This document shows positions 46,677 through 56,641 of a stretch of 64,000 nucleotides of DNA, in pieces; positions within the stretch are counted from its first letter, which is position 1; each line of letters begins with the position of its first letter. The stretch is from Candidatus Spechtbacteria bacterium (GTDB taxonomy: Bacteria > Patescibacteriota > Minisyncoccia > Spechtbacterales > JACPHP01), in contig JACPHP010000001.1 of assembly GCA_016188605.1 (NCBI GenBank), positions 1,327-65,326 of the forward strand, read 5' to 3'. The notes beneath the pieces are model-generated. The model was not told where the DNA came from and did no database searches. It saw only the letters and a list, made by a program, of their open reading frames with translations. Position numbers and translations under genes: made by a program.

Positions 46677-47810
46677 TCATATAATTTTCGCTAATACTTT
46701 CTCCGCGTAATCTTTATCGCGTACCACATCCCCTACAGGCAGACCAGTTTCATTCTCCGCTTCTTGTGTCGCGCGTCGCGTGTCTTCTTCAGACATGCCG
46801 GATGTATTCAAAGCCACCGCTGCAACTTTTGTGTCGCGGTATGTCGGTAAAATACTAGATTCGTAGTGCTTAATCGCTTCTTTCAGCGAAGGAAGAGCCA
46901 CAAGCTTGGAGCCAATGGAGTGTTTTCGCGCGGGCCTGTGGACTAACACCATATGCGTTGGCACCGCGCCGTGAATTAGGGAGATGCAGGTATTCGAGAA
47001 TGCGGGATGAAATAAACTCCCCTGCCCTTCCACAAAAAAAATATCGTAATCATTTTGTTTTTCAATCAGCATTTTCTCCACCGCGCCAGCCATAAAATCC
47101 GCTGGCAGGGCGTCTATGGAAATCCCCCAGCCCTCAATCATAATGCTCGTTTGTCCCGTAGGGATTACGCAGGCACGCATGCCCCGCTTTTGCGCAGCTC
47201 GCGCGAGTTCATAGCTTGTTGTCATCTTTCCAATAGCGGCATCGGTACCTACCGTTAAAACTATAGGTTTTGTAATGTGATAAGATTGCGAGGAACACAC
47301 GGGAATACTTTGCAAATCAACATCAGAGCGCACGTCCCAAATTATTGAGCCACTGGTTTTAGCGGCCTCGCTAAACTGCGCATTATTTTTTAGCGGATAA
47401 TGCATTCCCGAAACTACATGCATGCCTTGTTGCAAAGCCGTTAGAATATCATTTTCCCACTCGCGTGGCAACCCTCCGCCCTCTGGGGCGGCGCCTAGTA
47501 AAAGAACAGATGCTTTGGTAATATCACGCGCTTCAGCGAGCGACGAAAAAATTGGCGTATCGACATTTTTTGAATCATCGAGATATCCGCCAAGCACATC
47601 ATATACTCTTATGTGGGGTATCCGATACCCCACATAAGATGTGGAGTCCACGATGCCCGCTATCGGATATTCCGCGTATCGCAAAATCCCATCCGCGGTT
47701 TTTGCCCGCATGGGGAATTTTTTGCGTGCATTAAGGCCAAAAACCCCCTCGGCGTAGATGAGAGATACGTGCTCTGCTAGGTTAATCGGCGCATTTATTG
47801 GGCTAGCCAT
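46677..47810 (-). CDS. DUF1611-family P-loop protein (same family as MurL, the UDP-MurNAc-L-Ala-L-Glu epimerase described in Xanthomonas)
   Basis: N-terminal LIYAEGVFG...AKTADGILRY...GIVDS and P-loop TVGTDAAIGKMTT match the DUF1611 pattern from memory. Confidence 0.55.
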   Translation of the reverse strand: MASPINAPINLAEHVSLIYAEGVFGLNARKKFPMRAKTADGILRYAEYPIAGIVDSTSYVGYRIPHIRVYDVLGGYLDDSKNVDTPIFSSLAEARDITKASVLLLGAAPEGGGLPREWENDILTALQQGMHVVSGMHYPLKNNAQFSEAAKTSGSIIWDVRSDVDLQSIPVCSSQSYHITKPIVLTVGTDAAIGKMTTSYELARAAQKRGMRACVIPTGQTSIMIEGWGISIDALPADFMAGAVEKMLIEKQNDYDIFFVEGQGSLFHPAFSNTCISLIHGAVPTHMVLVHRPARKHSIGSKLVALPSLKEAIKHYESSILPTYRDTKVAAVALNTSGMSEEDTRRATQEAENETGLPVGDVVRDKDYAEKVLAKII

Positions 47811-47908
47811 AAGAAGTTATAATAGCACACAATCTAAATATATTCTAGCATAAGAAAATGAAAAAGCCCGTGCGAACACGAGCTTTGTTTGTTTGTAGAA
47901 CTTATACT

Positions 47909-48448
47909 TTATGCCATTGCCGGGTGCCTGGCTGGCATAAATAAATTGCCTATACTTTTCACCGCTTCCTTTAAGCGGCTTTTCCCCCCGCTATTAGAGC
48001 ATACTGCAACATAAAAATGTAATAGGAAACATATGCTCGAAATAGCTTGTAGAGACGCTGGCATCATAATAATATATGAAATTAGAAAAATACTTCTAAA
48101 CAGAATTGTTAATGGCGCATAATACATGCTCATTTCCATCGGAGCAATATCGCTTGCGGACTTCATCTTAATTTTTTCAAGCATTGCGTAGAATAGCCCG
48201 TATAACGAAAGGGCTACTACGGTATCGAAGCCGAATAATATACTAGCTGGCATCGATTGATCAGCCAGTACAAAAAAGACTACCCTGATTAAACGAAAAA
48301 ATATTGCTATGAGCAATAATATTTTTGCCAATGCGATGTTGGTTTCGCCCGTCCATTCTGACCAAAAATCAACCGCGCGCCTCACGACACGCAGTATAAA
48401 ATTGTCAAAAGAACTTATGACATCCATTATAACGCTCCCCACAGACAC
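47909..48448 (-). CDS. hypothetical membrane protein
   Basis: 179 aa with several TM helices. Confidence 0.45.
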   Translation of the reverse strand: MSVGSVIMDVISSFDNFILRVVRRAVDFWSEWTGETNIALAKILLLIAIFFRLIRVVFFVLADQSMPASILFGFDTVVALSLYGLFYAMLEKIKMKSASDIAPMEMSMYYAPLTILFRSIFLISYIIMMPASLQAISSICFLLHFYVAVCSNSGGKSRLKEAVKSIGNLFMPARHPAMA

Positions 48449-48579
48449 CTCCTTCGGTAGTATTCAATACCCCAGCAGCCATTTTTCGTATTTTATAGAT
48501 TACATGATAATAACATCTTTGTCAATATTAAACACAATGCACTAACGCATTGTGTTTAATATATTAACTACTAGCTGGC

Positions 48580-49821
48580 TCATTGCCAATAATAGGCATC
48601 CTTAACCCACGTGATAAGGTTAGTCATCGCTTGAATGCGATTGGTGGAACCCAACACAACAGTGACGACAGATTTGTCGTTTGTAATCTTTGTCACAATA
48701 GTCATGCACTCTCCTGCCTCGTCGGTATAGCCGGTTTTGCCCGCTACAACGCCAGAAATTGCCCCGAGAAGCGAATTTGTGCTAACCCAACGATGAGAAA
48801 TTCCATCTTTGCTTTTAGTTTCGTATATTGGCAATGCGAGAATGCCGCGAAGGGTTTCGTTCTTGTATGCTTCAAAAATAAGCGTTGCCACATCAGACGC
48901 GCTCGCCACATTATTTTGCGATAACCCACTTGAATCTTCAAAAAAAGCGGAAGCTAGTCCAAGTTCGTGCGCTTTTTGATTCATAGTGCCTAAAAATGTA
49001 ATTCCCTCTCCTGAATTATTTCTATCATATTGTTCTTGCAGTGCCACCGCGGCATCGTTGCTTGATTCCAAAAGCAACGCGTACAAAAGCTGGTTTACAG
49101 AAAAAATTTCATTTACTACTAGATCCCCTTCTGTTCCCGTTGTATTTATTGCATTTTGGCTTATGACCACTTTTTCATCGAGTGCCATAGAATCAACAAC
49201 GACGAGAGCATTCATTAATTTTGAAATGCTGGCGATTGGCCGCGCGGTGAGGGAATCTTTCTCGTACAAGATTTTGTTATCAGGAAGCTCTACCGCAAGC
49301 ACGGACAAGCCATCTATATCCATAAGAGGCACTTGCCAATTGCGAATTGGGAAAAGATCGGGCGATCGCACTCCGTGCAAGAACAGAGAATTAGACGACA
49401 TCATTACTGATGAAACTGGTAGATTCGCGGGCGCGGAATTGTATTTAGATAGAAAGTCTTTCCAGTCTTGAATTAGTGGTGTTTGCGGTGATGGCTCTTT
49501 ATCTACTGAAGTTGGTTGAGTTTCGGTGGGGGTGTCATCTGCATTATCTTCTTTTATCGTTTCATCTTGGCTTGCAGATTGAGCTTCCTTCAATCCTTGT
49601 CCTTGCTGAATTTCAGGACTTTCAGCAGGTTGCGTTGGCGTATCGCTTACCGCTTCATTAACTGAAGCTTCAAAAGAAGAAATTGCCGGTGGCTGACCTT
49701 GCCTCGCCGTAGCCTCGTGCGAAGGAGGGTTCTGTACATTTCCAGCAAAAATACCCGCCAGCGCAAACACTGGTAGAAAAATTGCAAATCCAACTGAAAT
49801 AAGAATATGTCTTGTGTCCAT
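48580..49821 (-). CDS. D-alanyl-D-alanine carboxypeptidase (S11, PBP5-like) with low-complexity N-terminal region
   Basis: SxxK (ASISKLM), SxN (LESSNDAA) and KTG (AGKTGYT) motifs. Confidence 0.75.
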   Translation of the reverse strand: MDTRHILISVGFAIFLPVFALAGIFAGNVQNPPSHEATARQGQPPAISSFEASVNEAVSDTPTQPAESPEIQQGQGLKEAQSASQDETIKEDNADDTPTETQPTSVDKEPSPQTPLIQDWKDFLSKYNSAPANLPVSSVMMSSNSLFLHGVRSPDLFPIRNWQVPLMDIDGLSVLAVELPDNKILYEKDSLTARPIASISKLMNALVVVDSMALDEKVVISQNAINTTGTEGDLVVNEIFSVNQLLYALLLESSNDAAVALQEQYDRNNSGEGITFLGTMNQKAHELGLASAFFEDSSGLSQNNVASASDVATLIFEAYKNETLRGILALPIYETKSKDGISHRWVSTNSLLGAISGVVAGKTGYTDEAGECMTIVTKITNDKSVVTVVLGSTNRIQAMTNLITWVKDAYYWQ

Positions 49822-49848
49822 TTAAGGTTTTAACTCTTTGAAAGATTT

Positions 49849-49906
49849 GTCATCTCGAAGTCCCGTAGCGGCGGGACGAGAGATCTCTCACTATGTTCGA
49901 GATGAC
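49849..49906. mobile_element. MITE family C copy 2 (inverted relative to copy 1)
   Basis: gtcatctcgaa-gtcccgtagcggcgggac-gagagatctctc-actatgt-tcgagatgac. Confidence 0.7.
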
Positions 49907-49927
49907 AGCTGCTACTAACGATCAGTT

Positions 49928-51328
49928 CTATTCTTTTTCTTTTACAGGAATAATCTTGAGATGTAATTCATTAAGTTGCGCTTCGTCAACCGTGCTTGGC
50001 GCTTCCATTACGGAAGTCCTGCCATTTCCGGTTGTTGGAAACGGAATTACTTCGCGAATACTCTGCTCTCCTAATAATACCAGAAGCCAGCGGTCAAAGC
50101 CAGCAATGCCTCCATGAGGAGGAACGCCGAAAGAAAAAGCTTCAAGAAGATGTCCGAAACGATCTTCAATTTCTTCTTTGCTATGCCCTAGCGCTTGAAA
50201 AACCTTTGTAAGAACATTGGGGTCTGTGGTCCTGATACTGCCTCCGAAGACTTCAGCGCCATTTAGCACCAAGTCGTATTGCTTTGCGCGAATTTGGCCG
50301 TACGCGGAAGGATCGTCTAATTTTATTATGTCATCATCTACAATTGCTGTAAACGGATGGTGAGCTGCTCCCCAACTTCCATCGTCTTTTTTTTCAAACA
50401 TTGGAAAATCTACAACCCATGTATAGGCCATTACATTTTTATCTTCTTTATTCTTGCGCACATCAGGGTTATCGCGGCCATAATCTTTCATAGCATCGGC
50501 GTATGACATACGCGGGAATGGCTTTTCCTGTATTGTTTTGCCCAGCACGTTCTCCGTGACATATACCACGAGCTCCTCAAGCAGAGAAATAATATCTTCT
50601 TGCTCTACAAATGACATTTCTATGTCTAACTGATCAAACTCAAAGAGGCGGTCGTTGCGCAAATCTTCATCGCGGAAACAACGCGCGAATTGAAAATACC
50701 GATCCATGCCGCCAACCATCAATAATTGCTTGTATTGCTGTGGTGATTGCGGGAGTGCGTAAAATTTTCCCGGATAATGACGAGATGGTACAAGGAAGTC
50801 GCGCGCGCCTTCCGGTGTGCTTTTGGTAAGGATTGGCGTGTCGATTTCGGTAAATCCTTTTTCCGTCAGCATATTGCGCAAGGTCTGCTTCACTTTGTGG
50901 CGCGCTTGCAATATCTCTCGCACGCGAGCGCGGCGAATATCAAGGTAACGATACTTCCAGCGAAGTTCTTCGCTGATATCGTATCCATCACCATCAATAG
51001 AAAACGGCAGTGTTTTTGCCACGCTTAAAACTTCAATCGTTTGCGCCAGCATTTCAAAATCACCCGTTATCATATTTGGGTTTTTCATGTTTTCAGGGCG
51101 GCGCTGGACTGTGCCTGTAATTTTCAAAACCCATTCTGAACGCGCGTCTTTTGCCTTTTCGTAGAATTCACCCGCAGAAGGCAATATCACGACCTGCAAA
51201 AGCCCGGATACATCGCGCATGTCCAGGAAAATAATCTTGCCATGGTCGCGGCGAACATGCACCCATCCGGCGATGGTTACCGATTCGTTTTCGTGTTGAA
51301 CTATGTCTTTTATAAGAATTCTGTTCAT
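49928..51328 (-). CDS. aspS: aspartyl-tRNA synthetase, short (archaeal/eukaryal-like, no GAD insertion) form
   Basis: N-terminal OB fold, motif 2 FRDEDLRNDRLFEFDQLDIEMSF, motif 3 GGSIR..PPHGGIAGFDRW. 466 aa. Confidence 0.75.
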   Translation of the reverse strand: MNRILIKDIVQHENESVTIAGWVHVRRDHGKIIFLDMRDVSGLLQVVILPSAGEFYEKAKDARSEWVLKITGTVQRRPENMKNPNMITGDFEMLAQTIEVLSVAKTLPFSIDGDGYDISEELRWKYRYLDIRRARVREILQARHKVKQTLRNMLTEKGFTEIDTPILTKSTPEGARDFLVPSRHYPGKFYALPQSPQQYKQLLMVGGMDRYFQFARCFRDEDLRNDRLFEFDQLDIEMSFVEQEDIISLLEELVVYVTENVLGKTIQEKPFPRMSYADAMKDYGRDNPDVRKNKEDKNVMAYTWVVDFPMFEKKDDGSWGAAHHPFTAIVDDDIIKLDDPSAYGQIRAKQYDLVLNGAEVFGGSIRTTDPNVLTKVFQALGHSKEEIEDRFGHLLEAFSFGVPPHGGIAGFDRWLLVLLGEQSIREVIPFPTTGNGRTSVMEAPSTVDEAQLNELHLKIIPVKEKE

Positions 51329-51341
51329 AGTTATAGTTATA

Positions 51342-52910
51342 TTATTCGTTTCTATAAAACGGCAGTGACACTATAAAGGTTGACCCTTTCCCTTCCCCCT
51401 CTGACTCAACCCACGCCGTACCGCCGTGATCTTCTACAATACGCTTGACTATAAATAAGCCAAGTCCGGTGCCATTAACGTCAATTTTTTTACCTCCCTC
51501 CCCACGGGAAAAACGCTGGAACAACTTTTCTTTATCCGCTTCGGTAATGCCAATGCCCGTATCTTTCACGGAGATGCGCATGCGCAATGGGTTATTGTAT
51601 AATTGAGTAACGCTTACCTCCACAGACCCTCGCGGCGTATATTTTATCGCATTGTCGATAAGGTTCAATATCACCTGGCGCAATTTGCTATCATCTGCTT
51701 TGACGCAAAACCGCACGGCATTTTCTGGATGGTGCCAAATAAGCTTTAGGCCTTTTGATTCAGCAGAGATTTTTTGCTCGTCTACAATACTGTCTATCAT
51801 ATCGGGAATGCAGATTTTTTGGAAGACATAATGAAATTCGCCTCGTTCAATGCGAGACACGTCTAGCAAATCTTTCACAAGTCCTATGAGCACCTCGTTG
51901 CTTGAATAAACCTTTTTTAACGCGTCATTTGCGTTGATGTCTATTTTTCCGTAGTCGCCATCAATAACCATAGAAAGATAGCCCTTGATGGCCGTGAGAG
52001 GCGTGCGTAGCTGATGCGAGGCGATGGAGATAAACTCTGATTTGAGGTCGGAAATTTTTTGCAGTTCTCTGATTTCACGAAGCGTGCCGCGAATAAGAGA
52101 GATGCCAAATATAGTTACAAATATAAATAGAATACTATTGACTGAGAATTCTCGCGGTGTCGGCGATGTTAGTACATTTATGAGGAAAATAAGAATAACT
52201 AGAAAAGTAAATGTTTCTGTGGCAATAACGCGAATATTGAATAGCTGATGTCTAAATATGGCATATGCCGTGAGTATTAGAAACGGCAACGTAAAAATAG
52301 GCCCGAATTTTATGAAGAATGTAATGTGTAGCAATGCCGTCGCGACAAATTGAGTTAGTATAAGTAGCGCAAACATTAAGAAATAGCCAGTAGCAACGTA
52401 AACCATCTGCGCCCGCCTAAGTCCAGTAGCTATTTTTAATTTAAGTATCAACTGCCTACCTCCCAATATAAAGAGTAGGAGGATCGTGATGCCAAATAGT
52501 GGAATAAGTGACCCGGGTATTGGCGCTCCATTGGCATCAATGTACTTAAAAACAAATGGCGTTTGAGTGGCTATGATCGTGACGATCGAAAGTATCCATA
52601 TTCCTGCATGGGCGAACTTCGGCATTTTCAATTCCTCGTCCGGGAAGACTTGAACCAAAAAGAAAAACATCAGCTGCAGGAAAACCGCAACCATCAAAAC
52701 TATCCTTGCCCATATCAGCATGTATGGCGATGGCTGCAATGAAAAATAATTTGCAATAGTCCACAGAACAAGGGCTATTGTGGATAAGACAAAGAATCGT
52801 CTGCTGGGGCCCGAATCGCCCTTAAAATAAATAAGCGCGCCAAGAAATATACTTGCCGCGACAGCAATAAAAGCCGAGATAAATGTGACATCACCAAAAA
52901 GTGATGGCAT
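51342..52910 (-). CDS. sensor histidine kinase with about 7 N-terminal TM helices; no cognate response regulator in the window
   Basis: H-box SHQLRTPLTAIKGY. HATPase N/G boxes (DNAIKYTP, DTGIGI, GTGLGLFIVK). Confidence 0.8.
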   Translation of the reverse strand: MPSLFGDVTFISAFIAVAASIFLGALIYFKGDSGPSRRFFVLSTIALVLWTIANYFSLQPSPYMLIWARIVLMVAVFLQLMFFFLVQVFPDEELKMPKFAHAGIWILSIVTIIATQTPFVFKYIDANGAPIPGSLIPLFGITILLLFILGGRQLILKLKIATGLRRAQMVYVATGYFLMFALLILTQFVATALLHITFFIKFGPIFTLPFLILTAYAIFRHQLFNIRVIATETFTFLVILIFLINVLTSPTPREFSVNSILFIFVTIFGISLIRGTLREIRELQKISDLKSEFISIASHQLRTPLTAIKGYLSMVIDGDYGKIDINANDALKKVYSSNEVLIGLVKDLLDVSRIERGEFHYVFQKICIPDMIDSIVDEQKISAESKGLKLIWHHPENAVRFCVKADDSKLRQVILNLIDNAIKYTPRGSVEVSVTQLYNNPLRMRISVKDTGIGITEADKEKLFQRFSRGEGGKKIDVNGTGLGLFIVKRIVEDHGGTAWVESEGEGKGSTFIVSLPFYRNE

Positions 52911-52920
52911 AAGAAAAAAG

Positions 52921-53955
52921 TTACTTTATTGTCTGATTGCTATTATCAAGATAAACGATATACCTGCCTGATTTTAAATCTTGTTTTGTAGTAATTTTTC
53001 GAACTGCATAAGCTACTGCCGATCCCGCGATTGTCGCGGTGGTTCCAAGCTGAGGCACTGCCGCAATCGTTTTGCCGATTTCAGAAAGAGACTCCCGCAT
53101 TCTTTGCGTGAGGTTAGCGGGATCAACTATTCTTGTCGCAACCTTTACCCATTCAGAATACGCCAGTCCAGCTATCTTGTCGGGATCAACTCCTTCAACC
53201 AGACCGTGTAGAATAGGTCTTTCTGGTTCTTCATCAAATCTCTCAACATCAAGTATAACATTATCTCCGTTATCTGTAGCCATAACCACCGGAATGCGAT
53301 GTTCGCGGCACACTATGCGTGAAAGAAGCTTTAATTCCAAGCTATCCATTTCATCAATGAAAACGTCTAATTTTGGCTCAAGAATAAATTTTTCAAGCGT
53401 TTGGCGATTTACACCATCAGTCCATAAATCCAATTCTGAAAAAGGGTCTAGCTCCCAAACCTGTTGTGCCGCAAAGTCAGTTTTATTCATTCCTATGGCA
53501 AATACTGGCGCGCGAAGGCGGTTGAGATTAGTAATCTCAATGACATCATAGTCGGCTATTTTTAAATTTTTCGGACCACCGCTGAAAACCAGCGCGTTTA
53601 TTACATTAGAACCAACGGAAAGACCTATAATTCCTACTCTCGCCGCTCTATATGTTTCCTGTTCTTCCTTGGTAATAATATTTTTGTTGCGCGCAGTGCG
53701 CAACTCAAGATAAATCTCCTCGCTAGGCACGCGCGCCACGATATTTCGCCAAGGATAATATACATACACTGCGGGCAAACCTTCGTTATTTTTGATAAAA
53801 ATATCGCACTTTTCCGCCCTCTCTGTTGGCGGAGCGGATTTTAGCGCGGGGTTGCGGATAACGCAGAGTTCTTTCAGCGCTGTGGGGATTGTGTCAACAA
53901 AAATCGCGCCGGCGGGTAACAATTGTTTATCTTTTTCTATACGAATTGATTGCAT
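52921..53955 (-). CDS. ThiF/MoeB/E1-like adenylyltransferase-fold protein with about 110-aa N-terminal extension
   Basis: Rossmann GIIGLSVGSNVINALVFSGGPKNLKIADYDVIEITNLNR, typical of the E1-like superfamily. Confidence 0.65.
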   Translation of the reverse strand: MQSIRIEKDKQLLPAGAIFVDTIPTALKELCVIRNPALKSAPPTERAEKCDIFIKNNEGLPAVYVYYPWRNIVARVPSEEIYLELRTARNKNIITKEEQETYRAARVGIIGLSVGSNVINALVFSGGPKNLKIADYDVIEITNLNRLRAPVFAIGMNKTDFAAQQVWELDPFSELDLWTDGVNRQTLEKFILEPKLDVFIDEMDSLELKLLSRIVCREHRIPVVMATDNGDNVILDVERFDEEPERPILHGLVEGVDPDKIAGLAYSEWVKVATRIVDPANLTQRMRESLSEIGKTIAAVPQLGTTATIAGSAVAYAVRKITTKQDLKSGRYIVYLDNSNQTIK

Positions 53956-53966
53956 AGATATGCATA

Positions 53967-55532
53967 TTACGTCTTTTTAGTCCACCTTTGTTTAATAGAT
54001 TTTACATTGAAGTATTTTTCATCTCCCTTGGCTGCAAAACGAATTGACGGAATAGCTCTTTCTCCAATAGCATCATAGAGCCGATTGTATTCAAGGTTTC
54101 TTTTGCGAAGCGCCGCGACGATGTAATCGCTTACGATTTTTCGGGCGAGCGCGCTTTCCTTTACGCCTTCGCGCAATTCAACAGTAATTTCCCAGTATTG
54201 GTCCTGGTTGCTTTTACTTTTTTGCTGCATCACAAATTTACCCGTCGCAAATGGCACAACTTCTTCGTTCTCCAATCCCTCCTTGATGTTTTCTGGATAA
54301 ATCTTTAGCCCGTAAAAAGAGATGGTAAAATCGCTTTTTCCAAATACTGCTAAAAATGGAAACGTCCATTTAGGTTGTTTTTGTACCGACTGATCGCTAG
54401 CAAGGCTTGAAATTTTCATCACTTCGTCAAAAGGAATAATTTTTCCGGCATCGTGGACGTTATACCTTACAAGCGGCACTCCACCCCTTGCCGTAAAAAG
54501 AAGCTCCCCTTCCTGTTCTTCGAAGAATTTAAAGATGGGATGATATTGCACAAATGTCGGGGTAAACGTTTCATCTCCCCACAATTCCGATGCTGTGTCT
54601 TTATCCTCTGATGCCGCGCGGCGTATGGCAACCGAAAGAGGTGTTTCGTGTCCCAGAATCCCCGAATCGGCAGAGCCATATATATTAATTGATGTAGATT
54701 CGGCGCTAGTCGCGTTGGTTTTACTTAGTATGTAGTCGCGAAATGCTTCGCTGAAATTTTCTGTAGCAAAAAGAAATTTTATCTTTTGATTTTCCCACGA
54801 TATCCCCCTTTTCTCTCCGGCGTCAATAATATCTTTAACAAACGGCGGGTACCCGGCGAGAACAATCTGGTTATATTTTGGGCCCAGTTCCTTTATAGCA
54901 CGCAGTACGTCATTAAGCTCAACTCCCGGAGCAATAATACTGATAGGCAACCCCATTTGCGATGTATGTAAAATAGAATCAAGTGTAATAATTCCGGCAA
55001 TATAAATACCCATTGAGAAACTTATTACTACAAGCGTGGGCGTGCTGCCGGCATCAAAAAATTCTTTTAATATAAGAGCGTGGATAAGAGACGTTTCTAT
55101 TTCAAGATTGTCACCCCTAGGCCAAAAATATGGCGTACCTGAAGAGCCAGAGCTGACAGAAAAGATAGTATTTTCTTCAACCTTGCCATCCCACGACAGC
55201 TCTTCGGACGAATATGCCTTGATATAGTTTTCTTTATCAGTAAAAGGTACATTCTTAAAATCATCTATAGTTTTAATTTCGGTGTGCTTGATATTGTTCT
55301 TTCTTAGAAAATCTTTATACGCGGGCACGCTTTCTGCCGCTTCGTGAAATAGAGAAAGAGCCATCTCTTGTCCGTGAGTTTCCCAAAAATCGGCGCTTTT
55401 TGAGCAAAGCAAGGAATTTGCTTCGTCAAGATTTATTTTATACAAATTGAGGATTCCGTCATATTTAAATCCACGCCTGTCAAAAAGGCGTAAGAAAAGT
55501 TTATAAAAAGGATTTAACGTGTCGTGTTTCAT
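53967..55532 (-). CDS. adenylate-forming enzyme of the PaaK/CapK/F390-synthetase (ANL-like) family
   Basis: ATP-binding motif FSVSSGSSGTPYFWPRG and overall architecture. Confidence 0.6.
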   Translation of the reverse strand: MKHDTLNPFYKLFLRLFDRRGFKYDGILNLYKINLDEANSLLCSKSADFWETHGQEMALSLFHEAAESVPAYKDFLRKNNIKHTEIKTIDDFKNVPFTDKENYIKAYSSEELSWDGKVEENTIFSVSSGSSGTPYFWPRGDNLEIETSLIHALILKEFFDAGSTPTLVVISFSMGIYIAGIITLDSILHTSQMGLPISIIAPGVELNDVLRAIKELGPKYNQIVLAGYPPFVKDIIDAGEKRGISWENQKIKFLFATENFSEAFRDYILSKTNATSAESTSINIYGSADSGILGHETPLSVAIRRAASEDKDTASELWGDETFTPTFVQYHPIFKFFEEQEGELLFTARGGVPLVRYNVHDAGKIIPFDEVMKISSLASDQSVQKQPKWTFPFLAVFGKSDFTISFYGLKIYPENIKEGLENEEVVPFATGKFVMQQKSKSNQDQYWEITVELREGVKESALARKIVSDYIVAALRKRNLEYNRLYDAIGERAIPSIRFAAKGDEKYFNVKSIKQRWTKKT

Positions 55533-55576
55533 ATTTTTATACGTGACGCAAACTTCAATAATATCTCATGAATATC

Positions 55577-56626
55577 TCATGTTAGCACTTCTTCAACTCC
55601 TCTTCGCGGGCTATGTGGCGCAACTTTTGTAGGATATCCTAGTCCAAAAAACATTTGCGGAGAGAGGGTCTGGTTAGTTTTTTCAAAAATAAAAGTCGAG
55701 AGTTTTTTTCTGGACTCGCCACTTTCAATTGCAGCAACCATAATGGACGCGGCCATGCCTTTGCTTTGTAATGTCAGAAGTACGCTTTCAAGAAGCTCTC
55801 CGGTATGCAGCCACGCCGCCGCATTATCATCTTTGGTGCTTATTATACCAACAGCTCCGAAATTTAGCACGCGCTTAATCGCTTTTTTCTCCTCTACTGG
55901 CGATACATCTATTAAGCGTAACGCCCAAGGTGCCGCAAGTGATTTAAGCATAGACATTTCGTGTCCAGATCCCGGCATGCCATCTCGGCTCATCGTCCAA
56001 TTATTGCGAATCCATGTCGCAAGTTCTTTGCGGAAATCAAGCTGCGACATTTTTTCTTTCATGCCTTCCCCCGCTATCGAAGCCAATAGTTTTTTATCGG
56101 TGAAATTATTGGTAATAGTTAGATTGATGCCGCTTTCGCTAACTAGATTCTGAAGATCATCAATAATTTCCGCTGGCACTTCTTTGTTCTGATACTCTGC
56201 TCTGTATGAAACGCGCTGCGTAATTGCTGAAAATAAGGCATCATCATGGCTAACAAGGCCTTTATCGTCGCATGTTAGCGTTACGGCGTGCTCGGCGTTA
56301 GCGTTTGAAAGCTGTTCGTTATAATGAACAGCGCATTCAAAACCGTAATGTTTTGCCGCAATAATCATATTTTCTGCGGCGCAACCAAGGGCGATATAAG
56401 TCATGCGGCCTGTCGGATCGCCAAATTGCGGGCGGCGTGAAAAATCAGCAATTATTTCAATGCTGTTATTATCTACATGAAATTTCCATGGTTGTGTGTT
56501 GTGGCTGGATGGCGCGAGGATGCCAAAACAAACTAAAAATTTTAGTTTGTCGGTTTTGGTGGGCTGGTCATAGAAACCCCTTGGGTCTATACTCCACGCT
56601 TCGTAGTTTGATGGTTTACGGCACAT
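55577..56626 (-). CDS. nitroreductase-family flavoprotein (two-lobed, about 350 aa; SagB/Acg-like size class)
   Basis: SSHNTQPWKF motif and a second degenerate lobe. Confidence 0.65.
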   Translation of the reverse strand: MCRKPSNYEAWSIDPRGFYDQPTKTDKLKFLVCFGILAPSSHNTQPWKFHVDNNSIEIIADFSRRPQFGDPTGRMTYIALGCAAENMIIAAKHYGFECAVHYNEQLSNANAEHAVTLTCDDKGLVSHDDALFSAITQRVSYRAEYQNKEVPAEIIDDLQNLVSESGINLTITNNFTDKKLLASIAGEGMKEKMSQLDFRKELATWIRNNWTMSRDGMPGSGHEMSMLKSLAAPWALRLIDVSPVEEKKAIKRVLNFGAVGIISTKDDNAAAWLHTGELLESVLLTLQSKGMAASIMVAAIESGESRKKLSTFIFEKTNQTLSPQMFFGLGYPTKVAPHSPRRGVEEVLT

Positions 56627-56641
56627 ATAATGATCAAGTGA

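Noticed and set aside
55533-55580. Tiny overlapping ORFs MRYS-stop / MRYY-stop in a tandem atatctcatg x2 between the nitroreductase and adenylating-enzyme genes, considered as a MccA-like heptapeptide precursor for the E1-like enzyme
   Set aside because: Only 4 codons, no C-terminal Asn/Asp, and more simply explained as a 10-bp tandem duplication at a gene junction.
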